Shown: piece by piece, positions 29,918 through 40,008 of the stretch | How the letters are laid out: each line of letters starts with the position of its first letter | How positions within the stretch are numbered: the first letter of the stretch is position 1 | Assembly (NCBI GenBank): GCA_964568425.1 | Contig: CAZMPO010000007.1 | Location: 1 to 64,000, forward strand | Origin: an uncultured Lachnospiraceae bacterium | GTDB taxonomy: Bacteria; Bacillota; Clostridia; Oscillospirales; CAG-272 | DNA length: 64,000 bases | Direction: 5' to 3' | Notes under the pieces: model-generated | The model's database searches: none | What the model saw: the letters and a program-made list of their open reading frames with translations, nothing else | What the model was told of the DNA's origin: nothing | Position numbers and translations under genes: made by a program

Positions 29918-31126
29918 TCAGAAGGATATCAGCTCATCAAATGCCTTTATGGCGTAGCTGTCGGTCATTCCCGATATGTAATCGATTATCGCCCGGTAGT
30001 AGATCTGTGCGCTCTCAAGCCTTGAGAACATCGGCGCAGAGGCGTATTCGGGGTGAGGCGAAAAGAGGCAGAAGCGATCAAGCCAATCGGCAAACGACCT
30101 GCAAAGCTCGCCGCCCCGCCGTCTGTTTGCGCGAAGGTTCGCAAGCGTCTTTTCGGGACATTCGGGATCGTACGCGTCACGGAGCTTTTTGAAGAGCGAG
30201 CTTATCACAAGCTCCGAGTAATGATCGAACGTGTCAAGCTCGGGGCTTTTATATATGTATTCATAGTTGAAGCGTTTTATTTCGTTCATCATGGCAAGCA
30301 TCTCGTCGCTAAGGCAGATCCCGCGCTCGGGCGAGCTGTTTTTGCAAATATCGTACACGAAATCGTTTATCAGCACTGTCGTATTGGCAATATCGCCCTT
30401 TATTATCTTGCTGAGCTTTTCCTTATCGTCTCGCGAAAGAAAGCCGAGTCTGAGCGCATCCTCGATATCTCGCCCGAGGTAGGCGATCTTGTCGGAGATC
30501 TTGACAACGCACCCCTCCCATGTGGACGGCTGATAAAGTCCGGGGCGGACAAAATCATCGAGCGATATCTGCTCGGACCTCGGGAAAATGCCGTTTTCGT
30601 CGACCTCGCCGCAGTGGGATATTATTCCGTCGCGCACCGCGAAGGTGAGATCGAGCGGACGGTATGTGCCGTGATCGTCCTCGAGCATCTCAAAATGATC
30701 GACGATCCGCAGTCCGTGCCTTTCATGCCAAAAGCTCTCGCCGACATGTTCTTTCGACAGATCGTTGATTATCCGCTCGCCCTTATGCCCGAACGGTGCG
30801 TGCCCGAGGTCGTGGGCAAGCGAGATCGCCCTTGTCAGCTCACGCGACAGACCAAGGCTGGTGGCGATGGTCTCGCTGACCGACTCGACATGCGAAACAT
30901 GCTCCATACGCGTGCAGATGTGGTCATTGCCGACATTGTAAAAGACCTGAGTCTTATGCTTTAGGCGTCTGTAGGCAAGGCAATGAAGGGTGCGAGTGTA
31001 ATCTCTGACGAAGGGCGAGCGCACATCCCCCTCGCGATCATAGAGGGGCACAAGTCGAGCTGTCGCCCTCTCGTAATCGGGATTTTCGGGGAGCATTGCC
31101 TGCTCGTAAAAGCGCGGATAAGTCAT
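29918..31126 (-). CDS. dGTPase-like HD-domain deoxynucleoside triphosphate triphosphohydrolase
   Basis: HD motif SLAHDLGHAPFGH...; ~400 aa dGTP triphosphohydrolase-like; start uncertain (31126 or 31219). Confidence 0.75.
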   Translation of the reverse strand: MTYPRFYEQAMLPENPDYERATARLVPLYDREGDVRSPFVRDYTRTLHCLAYRRLKHKTQVFYNVGNDHICTRMEHVSHVESVSETIATSLGLSRELTRAISLAHDLGHAPFGHKGERIINDLSKEHVGESFWHERHGLRIVDHFEMLEDDHGTYRPLDLTFAVRDGIISHCGEVDENGIFPRSEQISLDDFVRPGLYQPSTWEGCVVKISDKIAYLGRDIEDALRLGFLSRDDKEKLSKIIKGDIANTTVLINDFVYDICKNSSPERGICLSDEMLAMMNEIKRFNYEYIYKSPELDTFDHYSELVISSLFKKLRDAYDPECPEKTLANLRANRRRGGELCRSFADWLDRFCLFSPHPEYASAPMFSRLESAQIYYRAIIDYISGMTDSYAIKAFDELISF

Positions 31127-31241
31127 ATGGTCGATCTTCCTTTCGTTGGTTTTTTGTCCTTTATCCGATAAAAAGCAGAAAGAGGTCATCTCGAATGCAC
31201 CATGCAATGCACGGCGCATTTGAGAGACCTCTTGTTATTTG

Positions 31242-31946
31242 TTATCTTCTTCTGTTATTGCGATTTCCGCCGATGATGATAAGCAGGCGGATAAGCTGCA
31301 TGATCGAGACCGCGAGAGCGGCGACATAGGTCATCGCGGCGGCAGAGAGCACCCGACGCGCGCCTGTCAGCTCGTCACCGTGAAGTATGCCGTCCTCCTC
31401 GATGGTCGCGAGAGCGCGACGGCTTGCGTTAAACTCGGTCGGGAGCGTAACAAGCTGGAAAAGCGTGCTGAGTCCGAAGCAGGCGGCACCGACATAAGCG
31501 ACAATGACGAAAAACTCGCCCGCGTAAGCGAACACGCAACCGATCAGGATAAGCGGCATTGCGAGCTTTGACCCTATGTTGGTTATCGGAACGATCGCCG
31601 AGCGGATCTTTATCGGAAGATAGCCTGTCGCGTGCTGGATCGCGTGACCGCATTCGTGCGCCGCGACGCCGATGGCGGCAGTCGAGGACGAGCCGTAAAC
31701 GCTGTCCGACAGCCTGATCACGTCGTTTTTGGGGTCATAATGGTCGGTCAGCTTGCCCGAAACGCGTTCTATGCGAATGTGATAAAGCCCGTTATCGTCC
31801 AAAATGCGACGAGCGACCTGTGCGGCGGTGTATCCGCGCACGAGCTGTTTGCTGTATTTTTCAAATGTGGAATCGACCCTCGCCGATGCGATCATCGCAA
31901 ATATGACCGCCGGAAGGACGAAAACGATGTAGGTAATATCTATCAT
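31242..31946 (-). CDS. membrane zinc metallopeptidase family protein (HExxH)
   Basis: HECGHAIQH motif with flanking TM segments. Confidence 0.65.
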   Translation of the reverse strand: MIDITYIVFVLPAVIFAMIASARVDSTFEKYSKQLVRGYTAAQVARRILDDNGLYHIRIERVSGKLTDHYDPKNDVIRLSDSVYGSSSTAAIGVAAHECGHAIQHATGYLPIKIRSAIVPITNIGSKLAMPLILIGCVFAYAGEFFVIVAYVGAACFGLSTLFQLVTLPTEFNASRRALATIEEDGILHGDELTGARRVLSAAAMTYVAALAVSIMQLIRLLIIIGGNRNNRRR

Positions 31947-32058
31947 ACGAAAAATCCCTTTCGTGTGTTATCTTTCCTCTATTGTACCACATTCGCGCGA
32001 GTTTTGCATGAGTTTTCTGTGTTGATTTTGTGAATTTTTTCCACACCTGTCCCGTAAA

Positions 32059-33234
32059 TCAATCATACTTGCCGTTTATGATCTTTTCAAGCGCGGCGAT
32101 ATTCTTGTCGAAGTTGAGCGAGAGGACAGACATACCGTGTATCGTCGAATACTTCCAGCTTCCGTCAACGGGAAGGCGGTAGGATTTTATCTCATACGAA
32201 AGATATGTCGGTGCTTTTGTAAGGAGTGCGAGCATCTCATTGCTGCTTATATTGGTGGTGACCTGCGGCAAAAATTCGTCGAGCAGACCGCCTATCTCGA
32301 AGACGCTCAGCCCTTGCAGCTTGTCAAAGAGCAGATTCATGACCTTTCTCTGTCTGAGGGTACGCGCGAAATCACCGCCCTCGCCGTCGAGCGAGATATA
32401 TCGACAGCGGCAATAATTCAGCGCGTGTTTGCCGTCAAGGTGGACCATCCCGGGGGACGCCGAGCCTTCAAGACCGACGAACTCGATCTCAGCCTTTGAA
32501 AGGTTGACGTCAATGCCGCCCATATAATCGATAATATTCTCAAATCCCGAGAAATTTATCCTTACATACTGATCGATCTGAATGTTGAAATTTTCTTTTA
32601 TCGTTTTGGTCAAAAGTGACACACCGCCTGCGGCATACGCGGCATTTATGCGGTTATAGCTGTCAATGACCGGTATATGAAGGTAGATGTCGCGCAAAAA
32701 CGAGGTCATGATGATCTGCCCGGTCTTCTCGTTGATCGTCACGAGCATCATCGTGTCCGATCGACCGCGATCGCTTGCCGTGCGCGCGTCCGTGCCGATC
32801 AGCAGGATGTTTCTGATATGACCTCCGAACTGCATCCCCTTGTCGTTATCGATCTTCGGGGGCGTATACGGCGGTGCCGTCGTCGTCGCGGGGGGCGGCG
32901 TTGTTGTCGGAGCCTGACCTCCCGTCGTCGGACCGGTTATCGGAGCCTGATCACCGGTCGTCGGCAGATCGGTGATCGGGACGCTCGGCGGCACGATCGG
33001 CAGATCGGTGATCGGCAGATCGTCGGTCTCAAACGGAATGTCGTATATGATCTCCTCGGTCGTTGCCGTCGGAGGAATGTAATTTATCTTTCCGTAGTAA
33101 TGGCGGTAGATCGAGTAGGCGGCGATCAAAAGGCACAAAATGAGACAGATGATCACTATACCGATAATGGCAAGGATCTTTGCGATCTTTTTGCCGACGC
33201 TCTGTTTTTCTTTCTCTGATCTTGTTTTGCTCAA
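32059..33234 (-). CDS. LCP (LytR-CpsA-Psr) family protein
   Basis: N-terminal TM anchor, Pro/Thr-rich linker, LCP core ILLIGTDARTASDRGRSDTMMLVTIN. Confidence 0.8.
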   Translation of the reverse strand: MSKTRSEKEKQSVGKKIAKILAIIGIVIICLILCLLIAAYSIYRHYYGKINYIPPTATTEEIIYDIPFETDDLPITDLPIVPPSVPITDLPTTGDQAPITGPTTGGQAPTTTPPPATTTAPPYTPPKIDNDKGMQFGGHIRNILLIGTDARTASDRGRSDTMMLVTINEKTGQIIMTSFLRDIYLHIPVIDSYNRINAAYAAGGVSLLTKTIKENFNIQIDQYVRINFSGFENIIDYMGGIDVNLSKAEIEFVGLEGSASPGMVHLDGKHALNYCRCRYISLDGEGGDFARTLRQRKVMNLLFDKLQGLSVFEIGGLLDEFLPQVTTNISSNEMLALLTKAPTYLSYEIKSYRLPVDGSWKYSTIHGMSVLSLNFDKNIAALEKIINGKYD

Positions 33235-33415
33235 AAAAATGCGCTCCTTTCGCCGATCGCTCGGGCGTTTGTTTCTTCTAACTTTATTATTTTACCACTC
33301 AAATGTGAATAAATCAAGCATTTTTGCCGATACATCTTGACATATCGGGCAAATTGTGTTAAAATAATGACAGTTCGGACAAACATCCGACGCCGAAAGG
33401 AGCACACACGACCAC

Positions 33416-34354
33416 ATGGATCTCGGTCACGTTATACTTCACGCACTCGCCGACTCGGCGATGATACTTCCGATCCTGCTTCCGATCTGCTTCTTGATCG
33501 AGTGGATAGAGTACAAAAAATACACCGCGCTCGAAAATTCACGCCTTCTCTGCGGCAGGCTCTCGCCGCTTATCGGTGGGCTTTTCGGCTCGATACCCCA
33601 ATGCGGATTTTCTGTTGCCGCGACCGATCTTTTCGCAGGCGGCTCGCTCTCGGCAGGTGCGCTCGTCGCGGTCTACATTGCGACATCCGACGAGGCGATC
33701 CCGATAATGCTCTCGCGCCCCGACAGGCTTGCCGACATGCTCGCTTTGATACTAACAAAGCTTATCGTCGGAATTTTTGCGGGATACATCACAATGGCAC
33801 TGCTTGACAGGCATCGAGTCCACAAGCACGCCGATCACCGTGATCACGATCACGAGCACAAGCACGGGCACGAGCACGAGCACGAGGAGCACATCCACGA
33901 AAAGCCGCACTCGCACGCATCGATCGGCTGTTGCAAGCACGAGATCGAGGGCGGTCATTTTGAATGGAAGCATCCGATATTCCACTGTGCAAAGATATTT
34001 TTCTATGTTCTCTGTGTCAATTTCGCGATGGGGGCACTTATCGAGCTTGTCGGCGAGGACAGGCTTGTTATATTCCTCGGGCAGAGCGAATGGTTACAGC
34101 CGATACTTGCCTCTCTTGTCGGACTGATCCCGAACTGCGCATCCTCCGTCGTTCTGACCGAGCTTTACCTGCTCGATGGTCTGACATTCGGTGCGGTCGT
34201 CTCGGGGCTGTCGGTCAATGCGGGGCTTGGGCTGATGGTGCTTTACAAGGAGAATTCACGCATAAAAGAGAACATCTCGATCACCGCACTGGTCATGTTT
34301 TTCGGGCTTTTTGCGGGATATTTGCTCACTTTGTTCGCCCACATCGTCGCCTGA
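33416..34354 (+). CDS. polytopic membrane permease with His-rich cytoplasmic loop (putative metal-ion transporter)
   Basis: Two repeated halves each with IPxC(G/A)SS; central loop HKHADHRDHDHEHKHGHEHEHEEHIHEKPH. Confidence 0.5.
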   Translation: MDLGHVILHALADSAMILPILLPICFLIEWIEYKKYTALENSRLLCGRLSPLIGGLFGSIPQCGFSVAATDLFAGGSLSAGALVAVYIATSDEAIPIMLSRPDRLADMLALILTKLIVGIFAGYITMALLDRHRVHKHADHRDHDHEHKHGHEHEHEEHIHEKPHSHASIGCCKHEIEGGHFEWKHPIFHCAKIFFYVLCVNFAMGALIELVGEDRLVIFLGQSEWLQPILASLVGLIPNCASSVVLTELYLLDGLTFGAVVSGLSVNAGLGLMVLYKENSRIKENISITALVMFFGLFAGYLLTLFAHIVA

Positions 34355-34482
34355 CTGAAAATTTCTAAAAAAAATTGCAATTTTTAATACTTTTTTTCAT
34401 AAAAGTACTTGATATTTCCGTCGTAATGTGGTAAGATTATTATCGCAAAAAACAGCTTAAATTTTATATGAGGTGAAAACAC

Positions 34483-35793
34483 ATGTCTATGTACAACAAA
34501 AAGACAATCGAAGACATTGACGTATCCGGCAAGCGTGTTCTTGCAAGATGCGATTTCAACGTTCCCATGAAGGACGGCGTCATTACCGATGACAAGAGGA
34601 TCGTCGGCGCGCTTCCTACGATCAACTATCTGGCAGACCACGGTGCGGCAGTTATCCTCTGCTCCCATATGGGTCGCCCTCACAATATCTTCAACGAGAA
34701 GCTCAAGCTCGACAAGAAGGAGCTTAAGAAGATCGCCGCTCTTCCCGAGGATCAGCAGGAGGCAGCAAAGGCAGCCGCTCTCGAAAAGGCTAAGAACGAT
34801 GTCAAGAAGCTCTCGCTTGCCCCCGTTGCCGCTCGCATCTCCGAGCTTTGCGGCAAGGAAGTCATCATGGCAAAGGATGTTATCGGTCCCGATGCAAAGG
34901 CAAAGGCTGCCGCTCTGAAGCCCGGTCAGATCCTTATCCTCGAGAACGTTCGTTTCCACGAGGAAGAGGAAAAGAACGATCCCGCATTTGCAAAAGAGCT
35001 TGCATCCATGGCTGACATTTACGTAAACGATGCATTCGGCACAGCTCACCGTGCTCACGCATCGACCGCAGGTGTTGCAGACTATCTCCCTGCCGTATGC
35101 GGCTACCTTATTCAGAAAGAGATCTCGGTAATGGGCGATGCTCTTGCAGATCCCAAGCGTCCCTTCGTTGCAATTCTCGGCGGCGCAAAGGTCTCTGACA
35201 AGATCGGCGTTATCGAAAATCTGCTTGACAAGGTCGACACGCTCATCATCGGCGGCGGTATGGCTTACACATTCTACCGTGCAATGGGCAAATCGATCGG
35301 CACATCGATCTGCGAGAACGACAAGGTCGATCTTGCACGCGATATCATGGACAAGGCTCACGCAAAGGGCGTAAACCTTCTCCTCCCCGTTGACAACATG
35401 ATCGCTACCTCCTACTCCGAGGATGCCGTATTCATGGAAATGGATTCGGACGCACTTCCCGACGGCTGGATGGGACTTGACATCGGTCTCAAGACCCAGG
35501 AGCTCTACTCCAAGTCGCTCAAGGGCGCAGGCACCATCGTATGGAACGGTCCGATGGGCGTTTCCGAATGGAAGAATTTCGCATCCGGCACGATCGCTGT
35601 CGCAACCGCAGTTGCAGAGGCGACAGACGAGGGTGCTATCTCGATCATCGGCGGCGGTGATTCGGCGGCTGCAGCCGAGAATCTCGGCTTTGCCGACAGA
35701 ATGACCCACATTTCGACAGGCGGCGGCGCATCGCTCGAGTTCCTTGAGGGCAAGGATCTCCCCGGCATCGCATGCCTCAACGACAAAGACTGA
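34483..35793 (+). CDS. pgk: phosphoglycerate kinase
   Basis: RCDFNVPM, hinge and C-terminal GGGASLE motifs; carries a ~40-aa Lys/Ala-rich insertion. Confidence 0.95.
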   Translation: MSMYNKKTIEDIDVSGKRVLARCDFNVPMKDGVITDDKRIVGALPTINYLADHGAAVILCSHMGRPHNIFNEKLKLDKKELKKIAALPEDQQEAAKAAALEKAKNDVKKLSLAPVAARISELCGKEVIMAKDVIGPDAKAKAAALKPGQILILENVRFHEEEEKNDPAFAKELASMADIYVNDAFGTAHRAHASTAGVADYLPAVCGYLIQKEISVMGDALADPKRPFVAILGGAKVSDKIGVIENLLDKVDTLIIGGGMAYTFYRAMGKSIGTSICENDKVDLARDIMDKAHAKGVNLLLPVDNMIATSYSEDAVFMEMDSDALPDGWMGLDIGLKTQELYSKSLKGAGTIVWNGPMGVSEWKNFASGTIAVATAVAEATDEGAISIIGGGDSAAAAENLGFADRMTHISTGGGASLEFLEGKDLPGIACLNDKD

Positions 35794-35818
35794 GATCGGA
35801 CCTTGGAGGATATATAAA

Positions 35819-36586
35819 ATGAGCGCAAGAAAAAGAAGACCCGTCATTGCGGGAAACTGGAAAATGAATCTTACCCCCTCGCAGGCAAAGGAATTTGCCG
35901 CTGATCTCTTCGAGCATGTCAAGGGCAGACGCAGTTGCGACATCGTCGTCTGCGTTCCCGCGATCGACATTCCCGTCGTGGCAAAGGTCCTTGCGGGCAC
36001 TGCCGTAAAGGTCGGCGGACAGAACGTCCACTACGAGAAAAAGGGCGCATACACCGGCGAGATCTCGGCTGAGATGCTCGTTGATGCAGGTGCAAAATAT
36101 GTTGTTATCGGTCACAGCGAACGCCGTCAGTATTTCGGCGAGACCGACGAAACGGTCAACCTTCGCACCAAGGCTGCAATTAACAGCGATCTTACCGCCA
36201 TCGTTTGCGTCGGTGAGCTGCTCGCAGAGCGCGAGGCAGGCATCACGAGCGAGGTCGTCGCAAGACAGGTAAAGCTTGCCCTTGCAGGCATTCCCGCCGA
36301 GAAGATGAACCGCGTTATCATCGCTTACGAGCCTGTATGGGCTATCGGCACAGGCAAGACCGCAACAGCCGAGCAGGCTGAGGAGGTCTGCGCTTTCATC
36401 AGATCGACGGTCGCATCGCTCTACAGCAAGTCTCTGGCACGTCAGCTGATCGTCCTCTACGGCGGTTCGATGAACGCAGGCAATGCGGCAGAACTGCTCG
36501 CGATGGAGAACATCGACGGCGGTCTGATCGGCGGAGCATCGCTCAAGGCTGATGCGTTTGCAACGATCGTTGAAGCCGCACAGTAA
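35819..36586 (+). CDS. tpiA: triose-phosphate isomerase
   Basis: IAGNWKMN, VIGHSERR, AYEPVWAIGTGKTA motifs; GGAGG RBS. Confidence 0.95.
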   Translation: MSARKRRPVIAGNWKMNLTPSQAKEFAADLFEHVKGRRSCDIVVCVPAIDIPVVAKVLAGTAVKVGGQNVHYEKKGAYTGEISAEMLVDAGAKYVVIGHSERRQYFGETDETVNLRTKAAINSDLTAIVCVGELLAEREAGITSEVVARQVKLALAGIPAEKMNRVIIAYEPVWAIGTGKTATAEQAEEVCAFIRSTVASLYSKSLARQLIVLYGGSMNAGNAAELLAMENIDGGLIGGASLKADAFATIVEAAQ

Positions 36587-36599
36587 TTTCATCTGATCT

Positions 36600-36632
36600 A
36601 CGGGGAGGGATTCGGCAACGGATCGCTCCCCG
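36600..36632 (+). terminator. rho-independent terminator-like hairpin after tpiA
   Basis: ACGGGGAG...CTCCCCGT stem followed by TTTGT. Confidence 0.45.
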
Positions 36633-36663
36633 TTTGTACACAAACGAAAGGATTATGACTAAT

Positions 36664-37197
36664 ATGAACATATGGCACGACATAGATCCCGACAGAGTCC
36701 ACCCCGAAGATTTTTACGCGGTCATCGAGATCCCGAAGGGATGCAAGAACAAATACGAGCTTGACAAAGAGACCGGATTTCTGAAGCTCGATCGAATACT
36801 CTACACCGCAACTCACTATCCCGCAAACTACGGATTCATTCCGCGCACATACGCAGATGACGGTGACCCGCTTGACGTTCTGATACTCTGCAGTGAGTCG
36901 ATCACGCCGCTCACCCTCGTGCACGCCTATCCGATCGGCGTCATACGCATGATGGACAACGGAAAGCTTGACGAGAAGATCATCGCCATCCCCTTCTCCG
37001 ACCCCACATACAACGGTTACCGCTCCATATTTGCACTTCCACGCCATGTCTACGAGGAGATGCAACACTTTTTCACCGTCTACAAAACGCTTGAGCACAA
37101 GGAAACGGTAGTCAACAACGTCGGCGACGAGCGAGACGCCGCCAAGATCATCGCCGCCGCGATCGAAAATTACAACAAAACCTACGGTGCAGAGTAA
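36664..37197 (+). CDS. ppa: inorganic pyrophosphatase (family I)
   Basis: YAVIEIPKG...KYELDKETG...DGDPLDVL motifs; alternative start 36655. Confidence 0.9.
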   Translation: MNIWHDIDPDRVHPEDFYAVIEIPKGCKNKYELDKETGFLKLDRILYTATHYPANYGFIPRTYADDGDPLDVLILCSESITPLTLVHAYPIGVIRMMDNGKLDEKIIAIPFSDPTYNGYRSIFALPRHVYEEMQHFFTVYKTLEHKETVVNNVGDERDAAKIIAAAIENYNKTYGAE

Positions 37198-37224
37198 AAT
37201 CGAGGACGGGCGATCACACCCGCA

Positions 37225-37277
37225 ACAAAAAATCTGTCTCAATTGCCGCCCTTCGGCGATTGAGACAGATTTTTTTG
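37225..37277. terminator. bidirectional rho-independent terminator between convergent ppa and the GH gene
   Basis: A-run, 16-18 bp stem AATCTGTCTCAATTGCCG / CGGCGATTGAGACAGATT, T-run. Confidence 0.6.
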
Positions 37278-37282
37278 GATTT

Positions 37283-38362
37283 TTATTCCTTTGTAAGCTC
37301 TTTGATCAGTTCGATCTCCTGTGGATCGTACGGTGTATGATCCTCTCTGAAAAGGTCGTGCTGCCATTTTGTGTAGTCAAGCTCGGGGCGCGCGGCTTTA
37401 AGCCACTCCCAAGGGAGATAAAACTGTGAATATCCCGCGACAAGTCCCCAGTTGAAGCTTGCGATCTGCTTTTCCCGATAGAAGGGGAGCTGATCGGCGA
37501 TATTGTTGTCGAGTATGCGGTGAAGCCACTCGGTGTTTGCCATCGGGCGACCCTCTTTTTCAAGCTCGGAAACGATATTTTTGACCTTCCAAAAGGGCTC
37601 GTAGTCATGGAAGCTCACGATATCCGACAGGTCAACGGCAAGCTTTTGTATCGGGGAGAGCTTTGCCTCGGGATCTGCGCCGTAATCGTCCGAATAGCTC
37701 CATGCGCCGACGGTCAGCGGTGCTGTCGGCTCATATTCGCGCGCGATCTCGAAGGTGCGTTTGAGATAGGGCACGCTCATTTCCTCTCTCTTGCTGTTGC
37801 CCGGCTCGTTCCAAAGATCCCAGATAACTATCCTCTCGTCCTTGGCGAAGCGTCCGAAAATGTCGCGGAGATACTGCTCACAGATCGGTCGCCACTCGGG
37901 CTCGTCCCAGAGTATCCATCCCTTTGCGTCCTTGGGCGGTGTGATATGTGCGCTGTTTCTGTGTCCGCCGTGGCATCCGACATCGTAATGTCCATGCCCG
38001 GGTGTCGGCTTTGGTATCTCGATCTTCTCGGGGCGACCGAACGAGACACAATCGTTGAAGAGCACGGGCATCACCGACAGTCCGTGCGAGTAAAAGAGTC
38101 CCAGCACGCGATCGATCCTGTCAAGGCAGACGCCTCTCTCGTGATACCAGCTGTCGAACGGAAACCAGATTCGAACGCTGTTAAATCCGATCGAACGCGC
38201 AAGCTCCATTTCGCTCTCGAGTGTCGGAAGCATCTCTTCAAGCGTGTCATCCTTCCACATTGACAGCACGGGTGTCTGCGAGGGCACGAAATTGCAGCCG
38301 ACGATCCACGGTCTGCTGTTCCAATATTCCCACGCTTTTTCTTTTGTCCATCTTTCTTTCAT
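37283..38362 (-). CDS. glycoside hydrolase, GH5-like (cellulase-family) cytoplasmic enzyme
   Basis: (beta/alpha)8-type pattern with NEP catalytic motif (WNEPGNS); start uncertain (38362 or 38404). Confidence 0.55.
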   Translation of the reverse strand: MKERWTKEKAWEYWNSRPWIVGCNFVPSQTPVLSMWKDDTLEEMLPTLESEMELARSIGFNSVRIWFPFDSWYHERGVCLDRIDRVLGLFYSHGLSVMPVLFNDCVSFGRPEKIEIPKPTPGHGHYDVGCHGGHRNSAHITPPKDAKGWILWDEPEWRPICEQYLRDIFGRFAKDERIVIWDLWNEPGNSKREEMSVPYLKRTFEIAREYEPTAPLTVGAWSYSDDYGADPEAKLSPIQKLAVDLSDIVSFHDYEPFWKVKNIVSELEKEGRPMANTEWLHRILDNNIADQLPFYREKQIASFNWGLVAGYSQFYLPWEWLKAARPELDYTKWQHDLFREDHTPYDPQEIELIKELTKE

Positions 38363-38558
38363 AGATAAAGCTCCTTTCGAGGTTTGTTGTATGCATTTTA
38401 CCATATTTCACCACGATTGTCAAGTATGTTCTTGGCAGGGCGGAATTTTTTGTGATAGAATTTCGACGATCACGGCAATTTGCATACGATGGATATTTCC
38501 GCAAGGTCGACTGCTCTCACTCAAGCAAGGCAGTTCCAAACATGCAGAGCTTCCTTGT

Positions 38559-39203
38559 TTATTCGATTTTTTCAATAAGATCTTCAACATCGCAATAAAG
38601 CACCTTTGCGAGCGTGACGATATGCTCTGTCGCGGCGCGGTTTATGTTTTTTTGGCATTGCTCATATTGCTGAATGGTGCGTAACGGAATGCCCGACAGC
38701 TGTGCAAGCTTGCGTTGGCTCAGACCGACCGCAAGGCGTCGCATTTTGAGATTTGTTTCAGGCTTTGCCGATTTATACATCTCGTTCATCTTATCGACAA
38801 ATTGCCGAATATCCATTTCATGATAGGGCGAGTAAAGGGCGCGAACATCTCTGATGGGAACAGACCGCACGATCTCCTCGAAGGTTAAGGATGTTGCCCA
38901 CTGATAGTAAGCAAGTGCCCAGCCGGTCCAATATTCCGCACTTCGATCGATCGTGTATCTCGGCTTTACGCGATCGATCGAAATTTCCGCACGCACAAGC
39001 ACCTCATAAGCAAGCTCCACGCCCGACATACCGACGGTGAGTGTAAAATCACCATCGCCGAAGCGTTTCGCGACCCCCGAGCGTATGAACAGATCAAAAA
39101 AATCGGCAATATCATATTTCAGATCATAAACCGCAAAATCAAGCATGCGCCCAAGGGCGGTGCGAGCTTTTTCAAGATAGACCTTATCGTAAGCGCGCAT
39201 CAT
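38559..39203 (-). CDS. DUF3791-like domain fused to C-terminal XRE-family HTH
   Basis: C-terminal LKMRRLAVGLSQRKLAQLSGIPLRTIQQYEQ HTH; overlaps the DUF3990 gene by 20 nt. Confidence 0.55.
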   Translation of the reverse strand: MMRAYDKVYLEKARTALGRMLDFAVYDLKYDIADFFDLFIRSGVAKRFGDGDFTLTVGMSGVELAYEVLVRAEISIDRVKPRYTIDRSAEYWTGWALAYYQWATSLTFEEIVRSVPIRDVRALYSPYHEMDIRQFVDKMNEMYKSAKPETNLKMRRLAVGLSQRKLAQLSGIPLRTIQQYEQCQKNINRAATEHIVTLAKVLYCDVEDLIEKIE

Positions 39204-39867
39204 CCGGCATCATCTCCTCGTCCATGATCTGCGCAATGTACAGATCGCCGCGCTGACGGCGGTTTCGCTCACCGCTGAAATATTCGTTTCGTGCATCTCT
39301 GTCACGCGAGCTTTTCCGAGGGTACCACTCGCTGCTCTTTGCGACCTCAAATCCGACGAACCGTAATTTTTCGAATGACGCCCTGCTCTTTAAGACAAAT
39401 TGTTGACCGAGCTTGCCGAGGTACATCGCGTTGCCGAGTTGTCGATAGGAGATCGTACCGTTTATAAAATCCTGCGCAAACGAAAAATAGCTGTCGTCGG
39501 CGCGATATCCGATTATTACATCATAATTTTCGTAATCTACCGCAAAATTTGCAAGCAAATATTCCTTTGCCTCAAGCGAAAGTCCCGACGGGACATCAAA
39601 TTCGCGATTTTTCAGCAGGATCGCGAGCCAATGCAGAAGACAATACTCGGGCGATCTGAGATCAAGCATCCGCATTCCGCTGCACTCAAGCTCATAACAG
39701 TTTGCATAGCCGTCCCGATCTTTACAAACGCCCCATTCCTTTGCCATCTCAAGGCTTTCTGTACAATAAAAGCCGATACCGTAGTCGTTGTAAGCCTTAC
39801 CGTAACCATAGATCGGCTTCTCAACGATATTCGCCGAGCCATGATAGAGCCTTTTGATCATAAGCAT
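39184..39867 (-). CDS. DUF3990 family protein
   Basis: Hallmark LYHGS...YGKAYNDYGIGFYCTESLEMAKEWG. Confidence 0.65.
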   Translation of the reverse strand: MLMIKRLYHGSANIVEKPIYGYGKAYNDYGIGFYCTESLEMAKEWGVCKDRDGYANCYELECSGMRMLDLRSPEYCLLHWLAILLKNREFDVPSGLSLEAKEYLLANFAVDYENYDVIIGYRADDSYFSFAQDFINGTISYRQLGNAMYLGKLGQQFVLKSRASFEKLRFVGFEVAKSSEWYPRKSSRDRDARNEYFSGERNRRQRGDLYIAQIMDEEMMPDDARLR

Positions 39868-39965
39868 GACCGCCTTTCTTTATATTTTCTTGTGTTTATT
39901 ATACTCCCAAAGGAGTAGTTTGTCAACAATTCGGGCGAAGTTCACAAAAATGTTACACTCATTTT

Positions 39966-39996
39966 AACAAAAAAAGAGGCACGCCTACTGTTGCCT
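39966..39996. terminator. bidirectional terminator hairpin
   Basis: AAAAAAGAGGCA-loop-TGCCTCTTTTTT. Confidence 0.55.
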
Positions 39997-40008
39997 CTTT
40001 TTTGTCTT

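Noticed and set aside
36081-36321. Small ORFs overlapping tpiA on both strands
   Set aside because: Embedded within a highly conserved glycolytic gene; no independent support.
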